DNA from: Mobula hypostoma
Lineage: Eukaryota
NCBI RefSeq assembly: GCF_963921235.1
Contig: NC_086108.1
Coordinates: forward strand, 44,084,001-44,148,000
Direction of reading: 5' to 3'
DNA length: 64,000 bases
How positions within the stretch are numbered: position 1 is the stretch's first letter; the number at the start of each line of letters is the position of its first letter. The position numbers and the translations under genes are program-made. The notes beneath the pieces were generated by a model. That model was given only the letters and a program-made list of their open reading frames with translations, was not told the DNA's origin and made no database searches. This document shows, one piece after another, positions 52,637 to 64,000 of the stretch.

Positions 52637-54041
52637 CTGACTATCTATACCCTCTTTTAATTTTATATACCTCAGCCTCCAAACTCCATAGAAAACAACC
52701 AAAGTTTTTCCAGCCTCTCCTTATAGCTAATAATCTCTGATACAAACAACATCTTGGTGAATCTATTCTGTACCCTTTGCAAAGCCTCCACATCCTTCCT
52801 ATAGTGTGGCAACCAGAATGGCTGCAATATGATTTCCTGACTCTTATGCTTGACCAGTGAAGAAAGCATGTCATGTTCCTTCTTCACCACCCAATCCGTG
52901 AGTTTTGTAAGACCTCAGCTGGCGAGTCTGGAGGCAGAGGGTGAGTCTGGGCCAGGGACTGAAGGTTGGAGGCCCAATGCTTGCAAGTCTGGGAGTCCGG
53001 GCCCGAGACTGGAGGGTAGAGATCTAATGTCTGCGAGTTTTAGAGCTTGGGGCAAAGGACTGGAAACCCAGAGGCAGTGTATCCTGGGACTGGGGGACTG
53101 TGTGTGTGAAGAGGTGAGAGGACCCATTTCACAGTATGTTTCAATGCATGTGTGATAACGAAATCTCAGTTCTGAATAAATCCAGTCTGAATCACTTCTT
53201 CATTTGCAGAAGCTCTTCATTGAATATTGTCTTGTTAACTGCAAAATAAATCTGAAGTTTTAAATCTCATCTCACCAGATGCCAGGCACAATGGAGAATG
53301 TTTGGAGGATCCTGTAGGCCTCTTTCCTCAGCAATTAAAATATTTTATTTAAATTCCTGAAATATTTCCTTAACAATCTTTCAGTTCCAAGAGCGGTTAC
53401 ACACTGAAAATGCAGCTGCACATTGTATGGTGTAACCATAGCAACGTCACTTCATGCCATAACCATAGCCACACACTGTCACACGGAGTATTCATATCCA
53501 TATCCCTGTCATGTGATGGAACACAATTGTAGACCTGTGATATGATGTATCCCTGTCACATGGAAACCAAGATTAATACAAGCAGGATCCAGTCAGTCAC
53601 TCTGGTCGCCTGACTTTTATATCAGCCATATTCCTTCACCATACTACTGGATTCTCACAGTTTTCAAACAAAAATTGCTATGACCATTGTTGTATCCCTT
53701 TCCCATTCTGTAATACTTTACTCCCCACTCTAGTTCCATGACATTGGTCAGAAAAGCAGTTTATCAAACTTACTCAGGGTGAGATATGCCCAAATTATTC
53801 TACACAGAGTTGGTTATTATAAAATTTAAGTATACCTTTCCGATTAAAATATACCTTATGGTATGTTATAGCTGATGGCTACTACATCCCACAAACTGTC
53901 GAAGGGGTTTGGATACCTTACCTACCCAATAATATTCCACTGCACTGAGTGACAGGGGGACTTGTAGTCCAGATGTTCAAAAGATAATTAGTAACCCAGT
54001 TTTTAGATCTAGTCAGTTCATTAAATTAAGTTGCTGCAATG

Positions 54042-54196
54042 ATCCCAGCCTGGCCCACCCATCCATCACATTCCCAATTTCAGCCTGGCCTATCCATTCA
54101 TCACGTTCCCAATCTCAGCCTGGCCAACCCATTCATCATTTTCACGATCCCAGCCTGGTCGACCCATTCATCACATTCCCAGTCCCAGCTCTAGCC
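54042..54196. repeat. 35-bp minisatellite, 4.4 copies
   Basis: Unit approximately atcccagcctggccnacccattcatcacattccca. Confidence 0.9.
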
Positions 54197-55067
54197 ATAT
54201 ACCTTACACCTGACCCAAGGACACACCGAACCATATTCACAAATTGCTACTGTTAAGAAAAAAACCAAAGCAGTCATTCAGTTTAGAAGCTTAAAAGATC
54301 CACTTCATTCAAAAATCTAAGAATTCCATGTCAATTTTTTCCCAAAAATATCTACTTCCATTGGACATTTAGCAATCTACTTCCTTAAACTGGTTTAAAA
54401 AAAATACAGCTGTGGTCTAGAGAAAGACTGATAAAGAGGAAAGATCTCAAAAGTACACCATAGTGTCCTCACTGGCGGCACCCAGATATGGAGCAACTGG
54501 AATTCACTATCACTGCCACGTACACCTCAAATATACTCTCCACTATTCCATAACGTTGCTGGGTCAGAATCATGGAGTCCCGTAAAGCATTTTAAGGGCA
54601 TCTTTATCATAAAGACTAAAATTTTGAAAGTAACCTCCACTCTCATCTTGAGAGAAAAAAGGGAATAAGTAACGAATGCTGGACTGACCCTTGTTTTGCT
54701 TACTTTCAGAATGAATGAAAAGAAAATTGGCTAAGAATGCAGGGTTTCAACTCAAAATGTCAACAATTCCTATCCTTTCACAGATGCTGCTGAACCCACC
54801 GAGTTCCTCCAGCAGTTTGTTGCTTGTAATACTTGCCGATGCTTTGCAAATATTTATAAGCTGTACTACGAATGGAAGAACATATGGAAGGGCCATATAT
54901 TAAACTGAAGAAACATCTCAGTCTGAAACATCAACTGTTTGTTCCTCTCCATGAATGCTGCCTGACCTGCTGAGTTCCTCCAGCATTTTGTGTGTGTTGC
55001 TGATATACTTTGTATGGAATTCTTGTTGAACAATTTATAATTCTCATCTGTAAAATATTTCATGTAG

Positions 55068-55292
55068 GTTTCTGAGTCTTATTCAGCAGAAGTTCCCAAA
55101 TGTCATCCTCTCCCCAGGCTGGATGACGCTTCACCTACCGCTGGTCGCAGCCAAACCCTACACCCGAAGGATGGTGGAAGAGATGTACAACTTGGTCAAG
55201 GATTTACCACAACGTGTCACATTTCCTGTCAGAGCTGTGCTCTTGAAGCAAGCCTGGCCACATTTTAGTTGGCTGCTCAGCCAATCACCAAG
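55068..55292 (+). CDS. FAM151A: FAM151A exon 5 (not in the ORF track)
   Basis: Acceptor tgtag|g and donor caag|gtaacg. Encodes FLSLIQQKFPNVILSPGW...QRVTFPVRA...HFSWLLSQSP. Confidence 0.95.
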
Positions 55293-56509
55293 GTAACGGC
55301 AAAGGAATTGTAACCAATGAAACCACTGTTTAGTTTTAATGATGATAAATTAACAGATTCTGGTACAAGCAAATGTATACCATGGCAGTCACTGTCCTCA
55401 AGTTACATTGAGATATTGCTGGGAGCATAAGCACCAATTCCAAGTATTAAATGAAACCATTAGGATATGCCACAGGAGGTTACACACATTTAAAACAAAA
55501 AGGTGGCTTGAATGCTTCCCCTGTGGGTCTTGTCAAAAAACTGTTTCATCCCTTGCAATTGGGTAAGGCCAAAGAGAAGAGCTTGTTATTGGAGGTGGAC
55601 CAGGGAAATTGTGGCAGAAATTGCCCAAGGTGATCTCCGCCTCACAGCACTGGGGAGAAATTAGACACCAACATGTCCAATGTGAAGAACTATGTGTCTT
55701 TCTTGGACATGCCCCTCTTTTGGAAATGGGCATGTTTCCATTGCCTGTGATGTGTGGGCTGACCATCTGGGAAGGGAGGGGTGGAACTTGAATTTTTTAA
55801 AAAATGAAATAATTGTGAATTTTCTTTACTTCCCTGCTAGCTGGTAGCTGAGTAAAGATGAGACCCATGCGAGTGTACCCTGCAGCATTTGTTTAGATAG
55901 TAATTAGAACCATTAGTATAATCATATGCAGCAGTTGGTGGATGCTAATTACTAGATCCCATAATGTGAATCCAAAGCTCAGAAATGAAAGTGAATGGGC
56001 ATTTGTTCGTATTGTCACTGCCAAAATTAACGCAACCAATTTATTTTAATCCTTTATAACTCTTCTATTTAAAAAAACTGATCTGATTAATTTACTGCAG
56101 ACTTTTAAAAACATTCCCTTTTAGCAGCCAGTATTAAAATATACATGTGCATAAAATTACTCCAAGTAACTTCTGAATAGATTTCATTTGACTTCCTCCT
56201 TGGTGAGTGATTGTTATTGCTTGAATCTTGCTAGAGGATAATTGATGTTTAAGTACAAAAACAAACAGGTACCATAACTAGAATGTGGATCTAAAGTTCT
56301 GTTGGAGATTGCAGAATTATAGTTAAGGGTAAGGAGTGGAACTTGTATCAAGTGATCTGTTATTTGCATCCATGTACATTATTTCCACAGTCAGGCAGAG
56401 ACAACCATTGTGAACACAATGCAAGGAAGTATAATACTTTGGGCAATTTATTCTCCTTGAGATACTTTTCAGTGTTCACAGTTAGTTCCAGGTTGTAACA
56501 TACAGCCCT

Positions 56510-59500
56510 TTACAAGAGTCATGAGGGATTTTAATATGCAGGTAGATTGGGAAAATCAGGTTGGTGCTGGATCTCAAGAGACAGAATTTGTAGAATGCCT
56601 AAGAGCTGACTTTTTAGAGCAGCTTGTGGCTGTGCCCATTAAGGGAAAGGCTATTCTGGATTGGTGTTGTGTGATGATTGGATTAGGGAGCTTAAGGTAA
56701 AGGAACCATTAGGAGTCAGGAATCATAATATAAGAGCATAAGAAATAGGAGCAGGAGAACGCCACCTGGCCCATCGAGCCTGCTCCACCATTTAATACGG
56801 TCATGGCTGATCTGGCCATGGACTCATCTCCACCTACCTGCCTTTTTCCCATAACTCTTAATTCCCCTACTACGCAAAAATCTATCCAATCTTGTCTTAA
56901 ATATTCTGCACTGCTTCATTGATTCACCACTCCCTGGAAAAAGCAGTTCCTCCTCATCTCTGTCCTAAATCTAATCTCATGAATCTTGAGGCTATGTCCC
57001 CTAGTTCTAGTCTCACCTACCAGTGGAAACAACTTTCCTGCCTCTGTCGTATCTATCCCTTTCATAATTTTATAGGTTTCTATAAGATCTCCTCTCATTC
57101 CTTTGAATTCCGGTGAGTACAGTCCCAGGTGATGCCATCTCTCCTCATAGTCTAACCCCCTCATCTCTAGAATCAACCTGGTAAACCTCCTCTGCATCAC
57201 TTCCAAAGCCAGTATATCCTTCCTCAAGTAAGGAGACCAGAACTGCACGCAGTACTCCAGGTGTGGTCTCAGTAGTACCCTGTACAATTGCAGCATAAAT
57301 TCCCTGCTCTTAAATTTAATCCCTCTAGCAATGAAGGCCAAATTCCATTTGCCTTCTTGATAGCCTGCTGGACCTGCAAACCAAAGTTTTGTGATTCATG
57401 TACAAGTAATCCCAAGTCCCTCTGCACAGCAGCATGCTGCAATTTTTTACCATATGAATAATAATCTGATTTTCCATTTTTCCATCCAAAGTGGATGCCC
57501 TCGCATTTACCAACATTGTACTCCATGTGCCAGACCCTTGCCCACTCACTTAACCTACCTGTATCTCTCTGCAGATTCTCCATATCTTCTGCACAATTTG
57601 CTTTTCCACTCAATTTAGTGTCATCAGCAAACTTTGATACACTGCACTCAGTCCCCTCTTCCAGATCATTAATGTATCTCATGAACAGTTGTGGGCCCAG
57701 CACTGACCCCTGTGGCACACAGCTCACCACTGATTGCCAACCAGAGTAACACCCATGTATCCCAACTCTGCTTTCTATTAATTAACCTATCCATGCTAAT
57801 ACATCACCCCCAACTCTAGGCATCCTGATGTTATGGGTAAGTCTTTTACACGGCACCTTATTGAACACCTTCTGAAAATCCAAGTAAATAACATCCATCT
57901 GTTCCCCTCTATCCACTACACTCATCGTATTCTCAAAGAACTCCAGTAAGTTTGTCAAACAGGACCCGCCTTTGCTGAATCCATGCTGTGTCTGCCTGAT
58001 GGATCCATTTCTTTCTCGATTGCTTGCTATTTCTTTTTTAGTGATACTTTCAAGCATTTTCTCAACTACAGATGTTAAACTAACTGGCCTATAGTTACCT
58101 GCTTTTTGCCTACGTCGTTTTTTTGAACAGTGGTGTGACAGTCACCGTCTTCCAATCTTCTGTGACCTGCCCAGAGTCTAGAGAATTTTGGTAAATTATC
58201 ACCAAAGCCTCTACTATAACTTCTTCCATTTCCTTCAGTACCCTGGGATATATTCCATCAGGGCCAGGGGACTTATCTATCTTCAAGCCCGCAAGTTTGC
58301 TCAGCACTACCTCTTTAGTGATAGCTATTGTATCGAGGTTCTCACCTCCCATTGCATCCATAACCTCTCTCTTTGTATATTAGACTTCGCCCTGCAATTT
58401 GAGAGGGAGAAGCTAAAGTCAGATGTATCAGTGTTACAGCTGAGTAAAGGGAATTACAGAGCCATGAGAGAGGAGCTGGCCAAAGTTGACTGGAAGGGGA
58501 CACTAGTAAGGCTGATGACAGAACAGCAATGCCTGGAGTTTCTGAGAGAAATTCGGAAAGCTCAAGATAGATACATCCCAAAGATAAAGAACTATTCTAC
58601 AGGGAAGATGAGGTAACCATGGCTGACAAGGGAACTCAAAAACACCATAAAAAGAAAAGAGAGGGCATACAATTGAGCAAAAATTAGTGGGAAGTTAGAG
58701 AATTGGGAAATTTTTAAAAACCAACTGAAGGCAACTAAAAAAGCAAAAAGGAAGGAAAAGATTAAATATGAAGGTACGTGAGACAATAATATCAAAGAGG
58801 ATACCAAGAGTTTTTTTTCAGATATATTAAGAGTAAAAGAGAGGTGAGAGTACATATCAGACTGCTGGAAAATGATGCTGGAGAGGTAATAATGGTGGAC
58901 AAAGAAATGGCGAATGAACTAACTAACTATTTTGTATCCGTCTTCACTGTGGAAGACACTAGCAGTGTGCTGGAAGCTCAAGAGTGTCGGGGCTGAAGTG
59001 AGCGCATTTTTATTTCTAGGTAGAAAGTGCTTGGGAAGCTGAAAAGTCAAAAGTCATTTGGAGCAGGTGGACAACAGCCTAGGGTTCTGAAAAAGGTGGC
59101 TGAAGAGATTGTGGAAGCATTAGTAATGGTCTTTCAAGAATCATTGGATTCTGGCCTGATTCCAGAGGACTGGAAAGTTGCAAATGTCACTCCAATTTTT
59201 AAGTAGGGAGGGAGGCAAAGGAAAGGAAATTATAGATCAGTCAGTCTGATCTTAGGAACTTGTTGAAGTCAATTGTTAATGACGAGGTCTCAGGATACTT
59301 GGAGGCACGAGATAAAATAGGCAAAGACAGCAGTTTCATTAAGGGAAAATTTTGCCTGAAAAATCTGTTGGAATTTTTTGAGGAAATAACAAACAGGATA
59401 GACAAAGGAGAATTGGTGTGTTATGTACTTGCATTTTCAGAAGGCCTTTGACAATGTGCCTCACTTGACTCTGCTTTACAAGGTAAGAGCCCGTGGTATT

Positions 59501-60570
59501 ACGGGAAATATACTAGCATGGACAGAAGATTGGATGACTGACAAGAGGCAAAGAGTGGGAATAAAGGGAGACTTTTCTGGTTAGCTGCTGATGACTAGTG
59601 GTGTTCCACAGGGTTTGCTGATGGGATTGCTTCCTTTTGCGTTATGTGTCAATGATTTGGATGAGAGAATTGATGGCTTTATGGTTAAATTTGCAGATGA
59701 TATGAAGGTAGGTGAAGGGGTAGGTTGTGTTGAGGAAGCAGGAAGGCTTCAGACAGACTGAGATAGATTAGGAGAATGGGCAACTAATTTGCAGATGGAA
59801 TTCACTGTTGTTAAATCTATGATCATGCACTTTTGTAGAAGGAACAAAAGCATAGACTTTTTTAAATGAGCAGAAAATCTGAGGTGCGAAGGGACTTGAG
59901 AGTCCCCATGCAGGATTCCCTGAAGGTTAACTTGCAGATTGATTTGGTGGTGAGGAAGGTAAATGCAACATTAGCATTTATTTCGAGATGAGTAGAATGT
60001 GAAAGCATATAATGCAGAGGGTTTATAAAGCATTGGAGAGGCCTCACTTGGAGTATAGTGAGCTGTTTTGGGCCCCTTATCTATGAAGGATGTGCTGATA
60101 TTGGAGGGGGTTCAGAAGAGGTTCAGGAGAATGATTCTGGGTTATCATATGAGAAGCATTTGATGGCTCTGATGCTGTACTCACTGTGATTTAGAAAAAT
60201 GAGGGGGGATCTCATTGAAACCTATCGAACGTTGAAAGGCCTAGATAGAGTAGATGTGGAGAGGATGTTTGCTGTAGTGGGGAGATTAGGACCAGAGGGC
60301 ACAGCCTCAGAATAGAGGGACATTCATTTAGAATGGAGGTGAGAAGGAATTTTTTTAGCTAGAGGGTGGTGCATCTGTGGGATTCATTGCCACAGGCACC
60401 TGTGGAGGCCAAGTCACTGGATGTATTTGAGGAGGAGGTTGATAGATTCTTGATTATTCAGGGTGTGAAAGGTTATGGGGAGAAGGCAGGAAAATGGGGT
60501 TGAAAGGGAAAAAGGATCAGCCTTGATTAAATGGCTCAGCAAACTCAATGGGACAAAAGCCTATCTCTTG
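56510..60570 (+). mobile_element. Long degenerate CR1 (APE C-terminus to 3' end), split by an antisense CR1
   Basis: Endonuclease remnant at 56510-56733 resumes at ~58377. RT remnants include KFADD near 59687, followed by a CR1 3' UTR. Confidence 0.85.
56734..58376 (-). mobile_element. CR1 LINE inserted antisense into another CR1
   Basis: Minus ORFs KSPGPDGIYPRVLKE, QHGFSKGGSCLTNLL, VPQGSVLGP, KFADD, RPHLEYCVQFWSP. Confidence 0.88.
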
Positions 60571-61080
60571 TGGTCTCTCCACAGAGATGTATATAATATT
60601 CGCAAGTCACTCTACAACTATAGGGGGTATAGACATATGCACATACAACCACACCACACATCAAATCTGCAGGTTGAGGTTGGGTAAAAATGGGCTTATC
60701 CCTCCTTCAACCACTCCCTGGCCGGGCAGTAAAGATACATCCACTGATGTTCTCTCCACATTATAGAGGAGCAAAGTGCAATGATTGTTAATGGGAATTT
60801 ACCCACTGGAGTTTGCTGCTAGCCTGGGGAGGGAGATGTATCCAAAAGCATTTATTACTCTGGTCCTTATCAACTGGAAAGCTACACATTTATGGATTGA
60901 GGATGAAGCTAATGGAACACAGGGACGGGTTATAGAAACCGCTGATACCACTGGAAGCGTAATCTTAGCACCAACAGACATTCTGAAGATTTAAAAGAAG
61001 AAAATGGGAAATGAAGTAAATACTGCACATATCTGCAATAATTTCCTGAAATGTTATTTTACTTCCTTTCATATTTATAA

Positions 61081-61305
<225 letters not shown>

Positions 61306-61841
61306 TAGGAACTTTGCTTGGAAGCTCTTGCCTTTTGCCTGTTATCCCAGAGATTCAGGAGCTGCTAAGCACAACCCATGCAGAATTTAAGTTTATTCGC
61401 CTTGAAATAAGTTGCCATGGTTCTGTTCATAACTTTCTTACTCCAGTAGGTTTAAAAGTTTCTGTGACAACTTGCGATGAAACCTTACCTGGTTAACCAC
61501 TGTCCAACATTAATTAGCTGATTTTTTTTTTTTGCTGGTTCTATGGTCAACTTTTGTACTGCTTTTGTAAGTTGCTACCCTTAAGGAGGTGGAATTGATT
61601 CTCATTCTTCAGCCATTGGGGCAAAATGCTACTAGGAATTTGATAGCATCAAAAACGGTACATTCATATGTTTCCATTAGGATCTCCAGAAGATTATCTG
61701 TATGATCCCTTGCACTTGTGCTCTATCAGAATCCATCCACTCTCTAAATGGGGTCGAGGAAGGAATTTAAAACACAATTTTTAAAAAAGTGATTCAAAAT
61801 TTTCTGGAGAGCCAGAATTCACCCATTTTTGTTGTGTTCAG

Positions 61842-61979
61842 TGCAGACAAGTAGAAGCCGAAGGTTTTACCCTGGCGGGGAACTACTGGACTATTTTCCC
61901 CATCAAGATATTGGAGAATTGCAGGTCCATTGGTTTGACATTGGAGCCACACTTTTGGACTTGTCAGAACTTCTTCAAG
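61842..61979 (+). CDS. FAM151A: FAM151A exon 7 (not in the ORF track)
   Basis: Acceptor gtgttcag|tg and donor caag|gtaatg. Encodes QTSRSRRFYPGGELLDYF...VHWFD, the start of the second domain, echoing exon 2 GGDLLDY. Confidence 0.88.
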
Positions 61980-62771
61980 GTAATGCTGTCCTTTTCAATT
62001 AATGACATTTTGGTGACACTATTGAATTCATATTTTGGGCCACTATAACCTCCTCCACAATGAATCTTGCACTTATGAAGAAAGTATTTCTTGCAGTTGA
62101 TAGGAACTATTTTCCCATTTTGTTGCCACTAATTCCTTGGGTTAATTGAGCCACTAGAAATTACCCTCAGCAGCTTGATGAGTGAAAGAATCTGGAGGGA
62201 GTCGAAAGGTGTGCAGAGAGAATAGCTGTCAGAAAAAACTTGTGGGGGAATGGATTGCTCTATGAGTGGCATAGTGTAAGCTGGCTGAAATAGCTTCCAA
62301 TGACAATATGGTAAAGGATAGGAGGGACAAGGAGGCAGGGAAGACAACTTTCTCTAATGAACTCGTAATAAGATGTGATGAAGTCATTAAAATCTCCAGT
62401 ATACATCAATGAATGTACACTTTACTCAGCAGATCCCATTATTACATTAATTTCCACACAAGGGCTTTTTCTGGACCAGCAATTTTAGTTTGGCTAACCA
62501 AATACATGAACATTTGTGAAGATGATTGGAGCAGGTAACTGTTGTATCCTGAGCTGGTACAGCTGCACAGACAGAGGAGAAGTCTTTTTGCTGCATTTCT
62601 CTGGGTCTTGTCCACTTTACAGCCAATGAATCACTGCTTTCACTTTCTATAATTACCTGAGCTCAGGTTCATTCTATATAGTTAAACATTGTAAGGGTTT
62701 GGATAGGTTGTAAATCTGAAGACATAAACCCAAGCATATCATATAAATGCTCTTATTTCAATTTCTTAAAG

Positions 62772-63436
62772 GGAACGCTGGAGGAATGCTCGTCCTGAAT
62801 GTGAAGAGTAAAATCGGTAACATTCTGTTGGTGGAAAGTTCCAAACCTGGATCAGATTTCCTTTTGGAAGAGGTTCTATATCAGGTCTTACGTTCATCAA
62901 ACCAGTGGGGCGTTCACCTAAAGATAAAATCCACTCAGGCACTAGCTCCAACTCTGTATCTGCTTTATGATCTTTACACACAACACCTTCTCCACATACC
63001 CGTCTGGATCAGCATGGATGTCTCTTACGGCAGCTTCAGCACACCCGGGTATATTGAAGGAAGCCAATTCATCAATACCATCAATAAAATATTTCCTTTT
63101 GTAACTATAGCTCCAAGCTGGCCAGCTGAAGCACTTAACCATGGTTACACAGAATCCTTGGTGGAAGACATGCTGAGTCTTTGTCAGGGGTTGTGGCAAA
63201 TGTTGTCCTTCCAGCTCCAGGCTATTCCGTTGTCTAAATCATGGCAGGCGACCTTCAAACTGCTGCAGGCTTCCCCCAGCTACACTCTGACAGTGGAACA
63301 CCTACATACACAGGGCACATATGTGGATGCGTTTCGAGGACTGATCAACATGCGAATGCACAGCAGCCGTCGGGTTTACTACCGTTTACCTCCAGATTAT
63401 AGAAATAATTTTGAGATTGATATTTTTACTTCATAA
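62772..63436 (+). CDS. FAM151A: FAM151A exon 8 (terminal)
   Basis: Acceptor ttcttaaag|gg. Encodes WGVHLKI...PVWI...GSFSTPGYI...LCQGLWQMLSFQ...RVYYRLP, stop TAA. The spliced CDS totals 1794 nt in frame. Confidence 0.95.
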
Positions 63437-63514
63437 ATCTGATCCCCAACTCTCTGTATTCATAGTCACGTATTCCTGCTACTTGGCAAGCAAATCAATT
63501 ACAAGTTCCAAATC

Positions 63515-63520
63515 AATAAA
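63515..63520 (+). terminator. FAM151A: Candidate polyadenylation signal for FAM151A
   Basis: AATAAA about 80 nt after the stop codon. Confidence 0.45.
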
Positions 63521-64000
63521 TTCTTGAATGGAACCACTGAGCTGGATGGTTAGAACCCAGCACAGATGTGAGCTGCACTCTTCTTAACTTTTGTTTCTCA
63601 TTACTTTAATATACATCAGTATTCAAGCTTTTGATACAAAAGTTAATTTTCTGGACATTGATTGTAAAAGCCTGATGAATAGTCTGCTAGGTTTAAAGGA
63701 TGATGTACATTTTAATGATTTATCCAGACAGATTTACTTACTCATCTAGTTGTAATCCCATTAGACAAATTGTTCTACCCTGCAGACCTCGGTTGCTTGC
63801 TCATACTGCCCATGTCAAGAGTCAGGATTGTTTAATGTCATGTCCAGTACGCACGTGCAGAGCAGACAAAATCATTGTTACTGTGGATCCAATGCAGCAC
63901 AAAAAGAACACATGCATTAATAAAAAAAAACAATAAATATAAATACATAAGATGGTTTATATACAGTACATAGCTTATTTGTATTTCCATAGAGTGATAC

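Noticed and set aside
54042..54196. CRISPR-like periodicity
   Set aside because: Contiguous tandem units without unique spacers, in a vertebrate context with no cas genes.
62747..62771. ATG at 62747 as the start of a standalone 229-aa gene
   Set aside because: It lies in the intron's pyrimidine tract. The ORF is FAM151A exon 8, entered at 62772.

Overview
Eukaryotic, repeat-dense vertebrate DNA. The CR1, V-SINE and Penelope repeat landscape suggests a cartilaginous fish, probably a ray (inference). There are two host genes, both on the + strand. S1PR1 has a single coding exon at 11833-12954 (373 aa). FAM151A (menorin family) has 8 exons spanning 27444-63436; I reconstructed it by hand, all introns are GT-AG with consistent phases, and the 1794 nt CDS gives 597 aa. 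The rest is mostly transposable elements: many often-nested CR1 LINEs, Rex1/Babar fragments, an L1-clade 3' end, a full-length RTE LINE with a 12-bp TSD, an internally deleted Gypsy LTR element, Tc1 and pogo-like MITEs, tRNA-derived SINEs, and GIY-YIG Penelope-like elements (PLEs). The most interesting signal is that the PLE termini carry minimal type I hammerhead ribozyme motifs. One copy has a perfect core inside a 214-bp fold-back mini-element with a TSD (4751-4964). A 67-nt piece of the same terminus sits 5 nt upstream of the S1PR1 start codon, and its breakpoint lies within 1 nt of the predicted ribozyme cleavage site. There is also a 265-bp-arm inverted duplication at 22823-24118. Repeat boundaries are approximate unless a TSD is quoted. 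No database searches were run.
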